IMG/VR virus record: IMGVR_UViG_3300044216_000178
Location: 1 to 24,079 of that record
Source of the DNA: a virus
Taxonomy: Duplodnaviria; Caudoviricetes
Reading direction: 5' to 3' (one strand)
Length of the DNA stretch: 24,079 nucleotides
The notes under the pieces are model-generated. The model was not told where the DNA came from and made no database searches. It saw only the letters and a program-made list of their open reading frames with translations. The translations under genes were made by a program, and so were the position numbers. Positions 1-9,466 of the stretch are shown piece by piece (position 1 is the first letter of the stretch; each line of letters begins with the position of its first letter).

Positions 1-1528
1 CGTATGCTGCTTTTATTCCCTCATCTGTTAAAAAATTTTCTTTTGTAATTTTACCACCAAAAGAATTTAAATCATTTTCTAAAGCTTCTCTGATTGTCCA
101 CAATTGTGGTCTTATATTTTGATAAGCTGTTTTTTCTATAGCTGCATTTAATTGACCAATCAAACCTTTGTATTCTTTAGGTGTAACAAAATCTCCTAAT
201 TGATTAGTCATTCTATAAAACAAAGCTAAAGGATCTGATACGCCTGCTAATTTTTGTAACTCTTTCATGTCTATTCTACCAAATTTATCTTCTGCATATT
301 CCTTAATACCAGGAAAGGACATAGCTAACTCATCAACCATTTCTTTTGCAAATTTTTTAGTTTTTTCTAGTGGTATCAATCTTGGATTACCTATTACGTT
401 CGCTAATGATTCAAAACCTGCGTAGGATGCATTAATTAAAGCAGAGTTTTGTTTAAAAGCCTCGTCTGCTTGTTTAAATAATACTGATGATAACATTCCT
501 GTTTTGATCAATGGGCCATAGTTTAAAACACTTGTATTTAAATATTGTTTACCTGCAGCTTGTTCAGCACCTTGGAGAGCTTCCCTACCTATACCATTTA
601 CAAAAGGCATTATACCAAGAACTTTAAAAAACTTATTTGCAAAACCACCTAATAATCCAACTCCCTCTCTAGCTGTCATAACTAATGGAATCGGTAATCC
701 TCCTTTATCTCTGGCAATGTTGACAAGTTGTTTTGCATCTTTTGATTTTGCACCGATTGCTAATCTACCAACCTTTCCAAAACCTTTTAATATTAACGGA
801 GTAAGAGTTGCAGCTCCTGCATTCCAAGCTGCCGCTGTGAATGTTGCGTCTAATGCATTGGCCATTATATCTGTGTTAACTTCTCTTGGACTCATGTTTT
901 CTAGATCTGAAGCGATAGCATCCATGGCCGCAATACCAGCAGTTTCATTTAATATATCATAAGTAATTGAACCAGCTCCTGCCCCTGCACTTCCTCCTAA
1001 TACAGAATACATTTCTGCCCTTCCTAAAGGACTTTTTAAGAGCCTCCCTACAGTTGGATCTGCTCCTCTTGCTAACAATTGCATAACACCACCGAATAAT
1101 TTAAATCTGCCCGGTAGCCGTTGAGTAAGATTATTTGCTGCGTTTCTAAAATAATTTGTTCTTGCAAAAAGACCAGTATTTTTGTCTCCAGGCACTTTAG
1201 ATTTTGCAGCACTAAATATTTTTTTTCTCATTAAAATATAAGGAACTATTGATCCTGTTATGTCACCACCCAATATAGCTTCATTTCTTCCTTTTAAGTT
1301 TGAGTCTTCTAATTGTAATTGAGTACCAATCGGATTTTTTTCTGCAGCATCCATAATAGCTATGTCTGTTGCAGCGGAACCTCTTTGCAATTGTAATTGT
1401 CCCATTGTAGGTCCTTTTATTAAACCTCTTTTTATAGCCTCATCAATTAAAGCCCTTTGTTGTCGAGTTAATTTTGATGGATCTAAAGTTTTTTCGTCTA
1501 TTTGTTTTTGTATTATTTCTAAAGACAT
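1..1528 (-). CDS. Large putative internal virion/ejection protein, 3' end truncated by the window (at least 509 aa)
   Basis: Not in the ORF track. Hand translation from ATG at 1528 (TAATG overlap with the stop of the preceding gene) gives MSLEIIQKQIDEKTLDPSKLTRQQRALIDEAIKRG..., open to base 1. It has Gly/Ala-rich segments (LGGSAGAGAGS). Function inferred from its position as the last visible gene of the ejection-protein block. Confidence 0.75.
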   Translation of the reverse strand, partial: MSLEIIQKQIDEKTLDPSKLTRQQRALIDEAIKRGLIKGPTMGQLQLQRGSAATDIAIMDAAEKNPIGTQLQLEDSNLKGRNEAILGGDITGSIVPYILMRKKIFSAAKSKVPGDKNTGLFARTNYFRNAANNLTQRLPGRFKLFGGVMQLLARGADPTVGRLLKSPLGRAEMYSVLGGSAGAGAGSITYDILNETAGIAAMDAIASDLENMSPREVNTDIMANALDATFTAAAWNAGAATLTPLILKGFGKVGRLAIGAKSKDAKQLVNIARDKGGLPIPLVMTAREGVGLLGGFANKFFKVLGIMPFVNGIGREALQGAEQAAGKQYLNTSVLNYGPLIKTGMLSSVLFKQADEAFKQNSALINASYAGFESLANVIGNPRLIPLEKTKKFAKEMVDELAMSFPGIKEYAEDKFGRIDMKELQKLAGVSDPLALFYRMTNQLGDFVTPKEYKGLIGQLNAAIEKTAYQNIRPQLWTIREALENDLNSFGGKITKENFLTDEGIKAAY

Positions 1529-3918
1529 TATTGAGTACCTCCAAATGCATTGTTAAAAGCATCTTGAAACTCTTTTTCTCCCATTGCACCAAATAAACTT
1601 TGCTCTATTTGAAATGCAGAATCTGGAGTAAATTGTTCTGATTTTCTTAAAAATTGTAAAGTGCTAAACAAACCACCAGTGGCTGTAAAGTTTCTTTCAT
1701 TTCTTAAAATGTCCTGTCTCAATTGCTCAGAGATAGCTTTAATTGAATCTCTTACAGCAGCAGAACCTCTAGTTAAAGAAAATATGTTCACAATTTCTCT
1801 CGCAGCGTTAATATCTCTTTGTGTTAATCTGTCTTGATCTTTAAATGTATTAGCAAGTGCATAAACAAGAGTAACTTCTTGTACAGCTAATCTTTCTTGT
1901 TCAGGCCTAGTTAGGCCTGATAAGAATCCTTTTGATCCCCTAATTCTATCTAGTGCTTGATCTTTTAAAGATTTATAGTCAATTCTTTTTAAACCTGCCT
2001 CGTGTTCAGACTCTGTTATTTGTCCTAATTCTAAAGCCTTATCTAACTGTCGTTTTTCATCGACTGCAAGTTGTTCTGCAAATTCTTCAGCTTCTTCTAA
2101 ACTTGCAGACGCTGTATCTCTACCTATTAAATCTAATCCAGCCTCTCCTAATCTTCTTAACGTAGCATCAAATGTTAATGCAATACCTGCTTTTGCTCCT
2201 TTTTGATCTAAAGTTCTTAATACATCTTGAGTAGTAGCAAAGGCTTTGTATCTATTTAGAAGTGTGTCTTGAATGTCAGCTAATGAACCTGTAAATTCAG
2301 CTTGTTTTCTAAACTTACTAAATTGAAGTCCATTTATTCCTTGAAAACTAAAAGTACCTTGTTGTGGTACGGTGACAAATGTTTCTCTACCATTTACCAT
2401 CTCACCTCTAGGTGCTTGCACTGTTCCATCTTTTAACTGATAACCAAAAAAGTTTATTAATTCACCATTTGGATCTAACGCTTGAAATACACCAGGTGTT
2501 CTATCAGGGTAATCTATTTTAGCAGCAGTGTTTAAAGACTTCATATGGTCTAAAGCTGCTGAAAGAGATTGTTCTCTTATATTAGCTCTTAATTCACCTT
2601 CTTTTAATTTTACTGTTACAAAATTATTTACCGCAGGTCCCAAAGCTTGACCTAAAACTTCAAGAGCACCGCCCACTCCTGCTTTTCTAGTTGTTCCTGT
2701 TAGTAAACCTGAGGCTAAATTAGCTAAGAAAACTAGGTTAGCTTGTGAACCCTGACCTTTATTTAATTCATCGTAATATTTTTTTGCTAATTGAATAGTT
2801 TTGTTAAATTGTGGATCATTAGAGGGACCGCCAAAATTAATATTGTTGTCACCGTCTTCTTCTTGTTGCTGTTTATCTTTTTCAGTCGTTTCTCCTAAAG
2901 GTGCCTGATTTAATTTTGCTAATGCCTCACCTATAGCTTCTCCTTGCTCTCTAGTTTCCTCTGGTGTTTGTTGGTAATTTGTTATTCCATCTTCTTGAAT
3001 AACATTTAAATTAGCAGCTCCGCCCTCTTCAGTAGCATTCTGTGCTATTTGATCTCCCTCTGATGCTAAAATATTATTCCTTTGCTCTTGAGGTAGAGAT
3101 GCAGTTTCGGCTGCTTTTTTTTGTTTTAATAATTCTTGTCTTCTTAATACGGCACCTCTTCTGCCTTTAAATCTATTTTCAGGTAATAAATTTTCTAAAC
3201 CTGCATCAATTAATTTTTGTCTGTTTTCTGCAATTTGCTCTTGCACCATTACATTACGTTTAGGATCTCTTCTTCTTTTTTTAGATCCATCAATTGGTTT
3301 AAATAAATTTTTAATACCCTCTTCTAGTAAACCCTCCTCAACTATAGGTCCACCTGTATCAACTGTTAAGGCTTCTTTTGTAGTACCCGGTGGCTTTTGT
3401 GCAACATAATCAACGCCTGCACCTAAAGCACTTCTTGCTAAATTAAATCCACCATAAGCTAAACCCGCAGCTCTAGCGTAAGGGTTCATAAATAATAAAC
3501 CAGATACACCAAAATCTATACCAGCTTTAAGCAGACTATCATCTTTAAAACCTAATTTTGAAGTTACATTTGAAACACCTTGATATAATCCAGTACCAGC
3601 TAATAAACCACCTAGTCCTCCTCCCATTCCAAAAGGCACTTTTACATTCGGTCTAGTAACTTGTCCAACTGCGCTTGTAGGAAAATTTTTTACATCAGCA
3701 ATAGTTTTGCCAGCCATACCTGCAAATCTTTGTGCTCTAGGTCTGATTTGTCTATCGAAAAATCCTGCTCTATTAATAGCAGGTGGTCTAAATCTTCCAC
3801 CTCTTATGTCCCTAGTAGGTGCACCAACCATTACACCAGTTTGTGCGTGAATAGGTTTTATTGCTCCAAGTTTCAGAGCCTTTTGTCGAAACATAGGTCT
3901 ATTTAAAACTTTATTCAT
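1528..3918 (-). CDS. Putative internal virion/ejection protein (~796 aa)
   Basis: ORF track gives 1528..3942. The better start is ATG 3918 (MNKVLNRPMFRQ), with GGAGGG just upstream overlapping the previous TAG, although the spacing is very short. Gly-rich hydrophobic N-terminal segments, an acidic/Gln linker and a helical-looking C-terminus. Function from synteny. Confidence 0.65.
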   Translation of the reverse strand: MNKVLNRPMFRQKALKLGAIKPIHAQTGVMVGAPTRDIRGGRFRPPAINRAGFFDRQIRPRAQRFAGMAGKTIADVKNFPTSAVGQVTRPNVKVPFGMGGGLGGLLAGTGLYQGVSNVTSKLGFKDDSLLKAGIDFGVSGLLFMNPYARAAGLAYGGFNLARSALGAGVDYVAQKPPGTTKEALTVDTGGPIVEEGLLEEGIKNLFKPIDGSKKRRRDPKRNVMVQEQIAENRQKLIDAGLENLLPENRFKGRRGAVLRRQELLKQKKAAETASLPQEQRNNILASEGDQIAQNATEEGGAANLNVIQEDGITNYQQTPEETREQGEAIGEALAKLNQAPLGETTEKDKQQQEEDGDNNINFGGPSNDPQFNKTIQLAKKYYDELNKGQGSQANLVFLANLASGLLTGTTRKAGVGGALEVLGQALGPAVNNFVTVKLKEGELRANIREQSLSAALDHMKSLNTAAKIDYPDRTPGVFQALDPNGELINFFGYQLKDGTVQAPRGEMVNGRETFVTVPQQGTFSFQGINGLQFSKFRKQAEFTGSLADIQDTLLNRYKAFATTQDVLRTLDQKGAKAGIALTFDATLRRLGEAGLDLIGRDTASASLEEAEEFAEQLAVDEKRQLDKALELGQITESEHEAGLKRIDYKSLKDQALDRIRGSKGFLSGLTRPEQERLAVQEVTLVYALANTFKDQDRLTQRDINAAREIVNIFSLTRGSAAVRDSIKAISEQLRQDILRNERNFTATGGLFSTLQFLRKSEQFTPDSAFQIEQSLFGAMGEKEFQDAFNNAFGGTQ

Positions 3919-3925
3919 TTCCCTC

Positions 3926-4786
3926 CTATGTTTGTTTTGCACCTTGATATGCTGCGAATGCTCCTAATCCTGTCCCTATTGATTGAGCTAAAGGACTTGT
4001 TGTTGGGTTTGTTGCCATGGTAACACCTGATTGTGTTTTAGGTCCAGCTGCATATAAGTTTGCTAAAAATTCAGCTCTTTGGAAAGGCTCAAATTGTTGT
4101 TGTAATTGTGATTGTCTTTGTGCATCTAAAGTTGCTTGCGCAAGCTGTCTTTGAACACCACCAGCACCCATTAATTGATTTATATCTGCTTGAGCCATTT
4201 GTTGTTGCTGTTGGCCAAAACCACCTAATTGTTGTGCTGCTGATAAATCAGTCGCTATTTCCTGAGCTTGTTGTCTTTGTGCTGCTCCAAGTGCTGTGTT
4301 GAAACCTGCTTGTCTTGATCTTCCCACTGCATCTAAAATTCTATTCTGTAATTCTGCTTGTTGCACACCTTCTCTTCCTCCACCAAATGCTCCTGCTCTA
4401 ACGGCTTGAGCAGCTAGTTGATTTTGCATTCCAGCACCTTGTCTTAAAATTTCATTAGTTACAAAATCTTGATATGGATTAAAAAATTGATTTATGTTTG
4501 GTCCTTGACCAGCTGCCTGTTGTGCAGCTAAAACTGCTCCGATACCAGCTGTGGTAGTTGGTGCACCAACTCCTGTTTGACCTGCAGCTGTTAAACCTTG
4601 TTGCTCTAGGCCAGAGAAAGGTGCAACTTGAATATCAGGAAGATCTATAGGATCTTGCGCAACCTGTCTTGCAATATCCATCAATTCTATTTTTCGTTCC
4701 TCTATTCCAGGTGCCTCCCTCACAATCGATGTTTGTGGCGATGGTGTACTCGGTGCTGCTGATCTTCCTCCTCCAAAAAAACTCAT
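3926..4786 (-). CDS. Putative DNA ejection/pilot protein, Gln/Ala/Gly-rich (286 aa)
   Basis: Q/A/G-rich coiled-coil-like body, GAFGGGR motif, and a C-terminal small-residue hydrophobic helix (LAQSIGTGLGAFAAY), as in podovirus ejection proteins. Confidence 0.65.
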   Translation of the reverse strand: MSFFGGGRSAAPSTPSPQTSIVREAPGIEERKIELMDIARQVAQDPIDLPDIQVAPFSGLEQQGLTAAGQTGVGAPTTTAGIGAVLAAQQAAGQGPNINQFFNPYQDFVTNEILRQGAGMQNQLAAQAVRAGAFGGGREGVQQAELQNRILDAVGRSRQAGFNTALGAAQRQQAQEIATDLSAAQQLGGFGQQQQQMAQADINQLMGAGGVQRQLAQATLDAQRQSQLQQQFEPFQRAEFLANLYAAGPKTQSGVTMATNPTTSPLAQSIGTGLGAFAAYQGAKQT

Positions 4787-4787
4787 A

Positions 4788-5249
4788 TTATAACCACTTC
4801 TCTAGTTGTACATGTTTTTTCTTCCAACCCCATTGTTTTGATACTCTTTCCCAACCAGGTCTTGCCATTATACTTAATCTTTTACATGTGTTGTGTTTAG
4901 CAAATTCTGTAATTTGGTTTACAAGTTGTGTCTCCCAAAACTCTCTTCTTTTACCAGTGCAGATAACTATCTCGTATTGTCTATAATTTGGTAATTCTGC
5001 TATTCGTCCAATACAAACGCCAAATACTTTATTCTCTTCTGTTTCATCAGAACCAAACATTATCCAACATTGCATTACATCTTTTTTTAATTCTCTAAAA
5101 ATAAATTCTGGATCAGCATATTTACCAGAAAAAGCTAAAGCTTCAGCTACCATAAACTCACAAAGTGGCCAAAACCTCTCTATGTCTTTAGGCTCTATAG
5201 GTAAAACACTTACTAATGGTTTAATTTTCTTTTTGTTTAGCGTTGCCAT
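4788..5249 (-). CDS. Putative GNAT-fold virion assembly protein (P22 gp14 / T7 gp13-like position), 153 aa
   Basis: C-terminal ITEFAKHNTCKRLSIMARPGWERV resembles the GNAT-like small protein found beside podovirus ejection genes. Recalled family resemblance only. Confidence 0.55.
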   Translation of the reverse strand: MATLNKKKIKPLVSVLPIEPKDIERFWPLCEFMVAEALAFSGKYADPEFIFRELKKDVMQCWIMFGSDETEENKVFGVCIGRIAELPNYRQYEIVICTGKRREFWETQLVNQITEFAKHNTCKRLSIMARPGWERVSKQWGWKKKHVQLEKWL

Positions 5250-6186
5250 TACTTCCCTTTAATAAATCAAATACACGTTTGTATCTTCTTTGTTGTTCAT
5301 AAAAGTATTGGGCACCTTTTTCTCTCATATCTCTAATGCTATTTGGATTTCCTCCAGCTATGATACCTGCGCCTAATACACCATCTGCTCTTGTTACAAA
5401 CTCTCCGTCTGCTAATTGAGCTAACATCGTATCTTCGTCTTTATCTCCTGCTCCTGATCCATCTTCCACATAACCACTTGCTCTTACGTAGTTATTAGAA
5501 TCGTTTTCGTCATGTGAAACTTTTGAAGGTAAATAATTTATACCACCTTCATTAAATTTGTTAATTGATGCAAGTCCACCTGTGTTAAGCCTTTGCACAG
5601 GCATTGAGTATGAACCAATTCTTCTGTCTCCTAAACCTTGTTCTTCTGGTTTATAAATTGTGCTGTATTCTTTTTCTTCTCCAGTCTCTGGGTCAATGTA
5701 TCTAAAATTACCTCTTTGATTTGCAAGCTCAAGATAACTCATGTTATATCCTGGCATAAAAATATCTGTAGGCCCTTGATTGAAAGCACCAGATACAAAC
5801 GCACCACCTGCTGTTGTCAATGCTAATTTAAGTGGATCTATTTCACCTCCAGGACTTTTTCTAAAAAATACATCTAATAAATTTCCTTTTGCTGGAGTTG
5901 GGCCACCACCTAACTTAATTGTTTCTGCAGCTGCACTACCTAATCTTTGAGCTTGTAATGGGTTTGTTCCTTGTGTTCTCAAAACATTACCAGCCATAGA
6001 GCCTGTAGCAGCTTGGCCCGGAAACATACCACCTAAAGATGTCCCCATCGTATAACCACCAAAACCTCCTAAACCTGCGCCTAATAATCTACCTATTCCT
6101 CCAGCTCCGCTTTCTTTAGCACTTCTGTATCCTTGATACGCTCCTAATGCTCCTAATGCTACTGGTAATAAAGCTTGAATGGGCAT
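5221..6186 (-). CDS. Putative ejection protein with a tape-measure-like C-terminal motif (321 aa)
   Basis: SD AAGGAG upstream. Gly-rich hydrophobic N-terminus (LLPVALGALGAY; LLGAGLGGFGGY). C-terminal GSGAGDKDEDTMLAQLADGEFVTRADGV. Confidence 0.6.
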   Translation of the reverse strand: MPIQALLPVALGALGAYQGYRSAKESGAGGIGRLLGAGLGGFGGYTMGTSLGGMFPGQAATGSMAGNVLRTQGTNPLQAQRLGSAAAETIKLGGGPTPAKGNLLDVFFRKSPGGEIDPLKLALTTAGGAFVSGAFNQGPTDIFMPGYNMSYLELANQRGNFRYIDPETGEEKEYSTIYKPEEQGLGDRRIGSYSMPVQRLNTGGLASINKFNEGGINYLPSKVSHDENDSNNYVRASGYVEDGSGAGDKDEDTMLAQLADGEFVTRADGVLGAGIIAGGNPNSIRDMREKGAQYFYEQQRRYKRVFDLLKGSNGNAKQKEN

Positions 6187-6219
6187 ATAAAATTTTCTCC
6201 TTTTAGATATAAGTTGTTA

Positions 6220-6248
6220 ATGATACCATTTTACTTAATCTTTATCAA
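6220..6248 (-). promoter_or_regulatory. Sigma70-like promoter for the ejection-protein block
   Basis: Minus strand TTGATA (6243-6248), 17 nt, TATCAT (6220-6225), with an extended -10 TG (TGgTATCAT). The -10 lies in one of the few intergenic gaps, upstream of AAGGAG and ATG 6186. Confidence 0.6.
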
Positions 6249-7127
6249 CTCATCAGCGAATTTACCTGTATATTGATGCTCTCCAACGTGTGTTATTTCA
6301 TCAAGCACATAGGCATGACATTTACCTCCAATGTCTTTCCATAATCTACAGAAGCCAAAATCCTCCCCTAAATAGGTCTTATCTATTGGGTCATGTATTG
6401 TATCGAAAAAATTCCACATATTCTTTTTAAGCACTAACTTGCTATTTATTACCGTATTTTGTTTTATTTCTTTCTGAGGATACGCTTTTATTAATTTTTC
6501 AAATACTGACTTTTTGATTAACATGGCACCTGTTGGGCTGTGTGTTACCTCTATAACCCCGTTATTGATTTGAATGTCTCCTTTATCAGGCACCCTCATT
6601 GGATAAGTATTACCTGCTTGTGCTAATTGTTCTGGTGTTTGAATAACACCATCTTTCATTTGTTTGAATGACTTATCCCATAAAAAAGCTTTTAAAGGAT
6701 ATGGTACAGAAATAACATCTTTGTCAGCTTTTACCATTTTAAAAATAGTAGAGGGATCTATAAATATATCAGAGTCAATAAACATTAAATGAGAAGCATT
6801 TGAATCTAAAAAAGCAGAGACACAAAGATTACGTCCTTGTGTTACTAAGGATGATTTTATTAAGGAAAATTCTATGGGTATGTTTCTTTTGTGGCATGCC
6901 TTTGTTAAACTAATAATTGCATTAACATAATGCATTGACACCTCTGAATGACATGGTGTAGCTATGAATAAATGTAAATCACCATGCTCATTAGTAGTAT
7001 TTTTTATTTCTTTTATAGTCTGATAGGTATCTTCATTAGTATAGACTTTATGTTCTTGTTGTGGCTTTTCTTTCCAAATCGGTTTTCTTACCTCATCGTG
7101 ATCATAGCCTTGTGGGTTGTCGCTCAT
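6231..7127 (-). CDS. GT-A fold (GT2-like) glycosyltransferase (298 aa)
   Basis: LFIATP first strand, RN motif (QGRNLCV), DxD motif (LMFIDSDI), TGAMLIKK, and catalytic-region GEDFGFCRLW. Confidence 0.8.
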   Translation of the reverse strand: MSDNPQGYDHDEVRKPIWKEKPQQEHKVYTNEDTYQTIKEIKNTTNEHGDLHLFIATPCHSEVSMHYVNAIISLTKACHKRNIPIEFSLIKSSLVTQGRNLCVSAFLDSNASHLMFIDSDIFIDPSTIFKMVKADKDVISVPYPLKAFLWDKSFKQMKDGVIQTPEQLAQAGNTYPMRVPDKGDIQINNGVIEVTHSPTGAMLIKKSVFEKLIKAYPQKEIKQNTVINSKLVLKKNMWNFFDTIHDPIDKTYLGEDFGFCRLWKDIGGKCHAYVLDEITHVGEHQYTGKFADELIKIK

Positions 7128-8043
7128 GTAAAGCTCCTTTCAAAAATGATTCCCATTCTTTTCCTTTCTTCTCCCACGAATAAAACCTTTTAGCAAACTT
7201 TTGCTGTTCTTCAATATGCTCTTGTATATAATCCTGATGTAGTGATTGACATGCCATATCAATAGCATGCGCAAATCTTTGAGCTAGAAATTTTAAATTG
7301 TTTGTATAATTCACATATATAGGCCACTCAGAACACGTTTCGAATAAGGCTCCATAATTAGTTGTTATTAAATACAGTCCAGAACTCATTGCCTCTAATG
7401 CACCAATCCCAAACGTTTCTTCAAACACACTAGGATGTGTCCACATCTGGTAATCTGTTATTCTTTCTAAAATATACTCATGTGGTTTATATCCTAAGTA
7501 ATTAACATTATCTAAATATTCTGCTTGGTCAAATAATGGTTTGTATAAGTGATCATTTTCTTTATAAAACTCCTCCCCATATATTTTTGTGCTTGAATAT
7601 ACATCTAAAGTTACATTTGGCGTTTGTATGTATTGCATTGCCCCTAGAATTACACTTAGACCTCTCCATGGTGTTGAATGATAAATTAATTTTATTGGCT
7701 CACCTTTTTTATAAATTTTTCTTTTTGGGAAATGATAACAACCATTTTTTATTACCATGCTTCTTTCAGTTGGTATCTTGAAGTAATGTCTAAATTTTTC
7801 ATAATTCCAATGTGAATTAAATACATACCAATCATAATCTTTATGTCTGTTAGGGTCGTTAAAAAAATCAAAAAGATTTGGTTGATCGTAAGAATTTTTT
7901 TGCCAAAGAATATTGAGTTTATTTGGATCTAAAGGAACTTTACCAGGTATAGATGTACAGATTTGTGTTTGTTCTAATAAAGAATTATCACAGTGCTTAT
8001 ACAACATCTCTAGTTGTAACTCTGTGCCGCCTCTCGGTTGCAT
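7102..8043 (-). CDS. GT-B fold (GT4 / group 1) glycosyltransferase (313 aa)
   Basis: N-terminal GGTE, STPWRGL, and the E-x7-E signature ETFGIGALEAMSSG. Confidence 0.85.
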   Translation of the reverse strand: MQPRGGTELQLEMLYKHCDNSLLEQTQICTSIPGKVPLDPNKLNILWQKNSYDQPNLFDFFNDPNRHKDYDWYVFNSHWNYEKFRHYFKIPTERSMVIKNGCYHFPKRKIYKKGEPIKLIYHSTPWRGLSVILGAMQYIQTPNVTLDVYSSTKIYGEEFYKENDHLYKPLFDQAEYLDNVNYLGYKPHEYILERITDYQMWTHPSVFEETFGIGALEAMSSGLYLITTNYGALFETCSEWPIYVNYTNNLKFLAQRFAHAIDMACQSLHQDYIQEHIEEQQKFAKRFYSWEKKGKEWESFLKGALHERQPTRL

Positions 8044-8243
8044 TATTTTTTTGTGCTGCCAAACAGAGTAAGTTTTGCAACTGTAATCTCTACGTGCTGA
8101 GAAAAATCTTCATCAGTTGTATCAGTATTGGGATCTGCTACATCTGCATCAAAAGCAGCCTTAGATTCGTAAACTTGGCCTGTCTTTTTGTGTTTGATTA
8201 TTTCTTTTGCTTCTGCAGGTATTCTTGGTAGTTCATTACTCAT
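8043..8243 (-). CDS. Hypothetical phage protein (66 aa)
   Basis: ORF with a TAATG overlap into the glycosyltransferase start; fits the gene packing. Confidence 0.7.
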   Translation of the reverse strand: MSNELPRIPAEAKEIIKHKKTGQVYESKAAFDADVADPNTDTTDEDFSQHVEITVAKLTLFGSTKK

Positions 8244-8245
8244 AA

Positions 8246-8374
8246 TTATCGTCCTTGTCTGTTGTACTTCTTATAATCTCTTTTCTCTCCTTTTGAAAGC
8301 CTTTTTTTGTGCCTTCTAGGTCTTTTCCTAGGTTTCGGTCTTGGTACAAAATTAGTAAATTTTCGTTTAGCCAT
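8246..8374 (-). CDS. Very basic 42-aa peptide
   Basis: Below the ORF-track cutoff. Translation: MAKRKFTNFVPRPKPRKRPRRHKKRLSKGEKRDYKKYNRQGR*. Its ATG overlaps the upstream stop (ATGGCTAA), and it fills the gap exactly. Confidence 0.75.
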   Translation of the reverse strand: MAKRKFTNFVPRPKPRKRPRRHKKRLSKGEKRDYKKYNRQGR

Positions 8375-8969
8375 TAGTTACCTTAATATTACCAGACACA
8401 GATATTCTCTCTCCTTTAGATTTAAATGTATTTACATAGTGATGTAAATTAGCTGGAAAAATAAATAAATCTCTTACTATTGGAAAAAAGCAATGTTGGG
8501 ATATTTCGTAATTACCAGAGCTTAAACTATATCTAAAATTCAAAGCCCCAGGTTTTGCATTTCCAACATTATTTCGATATTCTGATAGTAAATTTTTAGG
8601 GATTTTTGTAAATAATACAAAAGATATATCATCATCATGTATATGTAATGGATTAGATTCTCCTGCAACCATATAATTTACCCAAGCAGATTTAAGTTCA
8701 ATTTTGTTACCATAATTTTTACCTTCTATTTGATTGTAGTGCTGACCAAAAGCTTTAAAATAACTTTGAAAATAAGGATAAAGAATTGGAAAAATTTTTT
8801 TTGATTCTATTTCATGTTCATGTTTAATTATTCCTGCTAAATTTTTTCTATAATCGTTATTTTTTTTACTACATAAGCTATTTATTTTTTTCATTTCCTC
8901 TGCTGTTATTAGCGTTTTGTACAAAAAAGGTCCCCAATGAAAAAAATTAAAATTAATTTTTTTATCCAT
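8367..8969 (-). CDS. Putative 2OG-Fe(II) oxygenase (200 aa)
   Basis: WVN...NPLHIH (HxH), LFIFPANLHHYV (distal His) and ERISVSGN (2OG-binding RxS). Confidence 0.8.
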   Translation of the reverse strand: MDKKINFNFFHWGPFLYKTLITAEEMKKINSLCSKKNNDYRKNLAGIIKHEHEIESKKIFPILYPYFQSYFKAFGQHYNQIEGKNYGNKIELKSAWVNYMVAGESNPLHIHDDDISFVLFTKIPKNLLSEYRNNVGNAKPGALNFRYSLSSGNYEISQHCFFPIVRDLFIFPANLHHYVNTFKSKGERISVSGNIKVTNG

Positions 8970-9303
8970 TTTGTTGTGATCTATCTAACAGTGCATAAGA
9001 TATGATACCTTGAAATTCATCTGCAGTGCCTGCTGTCATTTTTAAAATATCACCTGCTTCTAAAACTAATGTATAATTAATTATATCTTTAGTGGCTGAT
9101 CCTGTTACGGATTCGTTAAAAATTCTAAAGGTAGCAGAAGCTGAAGAATCTGTGACCTGGACATTTAAATTAATTGAACTACCAGATCCATTATTTATTT
9201 GTATTTGTTTCACAAGAATAGTGGCGTTTGTAGGACAAGTCAAAACACTTATTGTTCCTGTCGAATCTAAATTTATACCTTGATTTTTATATTGAATTGT
9301 CAT
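8962..9303 (-). CDS. Small beta-rich putative tail protein (113 aa)
   Basis: Alternating hydrophobic/Thr-Ser beta pattern and LVLEAGDILK; lies just downstream of the tail hub. Function inferred. Confidence 0.55.
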   Translation of the reverse strand: MTIQYKNQGINLDSTGTISVLTCPTNATILVKQIQINNGSGSSINLNVQVTDSSASATFRIFNESVTGSATKDIINYTLVLEAGDILKMTAGTADEFQGIISYALLDRSQQNG

Positions 9304-9464
9304 CCTATAAACCAGTTAAAACTATCTTGTTCTTCTTTTAAGTCAAACTGAAAAGAAAAATTTAATTGATTTTTTAAGGTGTCTATCGCCTCAATAATTT
9401 GTCTTTGATTTGAGGGCTCGTACTCTTCTTTAGGTTCAGGGACTGTAATACTAATTTTTGCCAT
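9300..9464 (-). CDS. 54-aa protein, possible tail needle/plug-like
   Basis: Not in the ORF track. MAKISITVPEPKEEYEPSNQRQIIEAIDTLKNQLNFSFQFDLKEEQDSFNWFIG*; its stop overlaps the next ATG (ATGA). Short helical segment; position after a gp10-like hub is where P22 gp26 lies (inference). Confidence 0.7.
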   Translation of the reverse strand: MAKISITVPEPKEEYEPSNQRQIIEAIDTLKNQLNFSFQFDLKEEQDSFNWFIG

Positions 9465-9466
9465 GT

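Noticed and set aside
717-4986. Plus-strand ORFs 717-962, 1362-1556, 1953-2165, 3661-3906, 4060-4302 and 4669-4986
   Set aside because: Antisense shadows of long minus-strand genes, including the untracked 1-1528 ORF; no motifs recognised.
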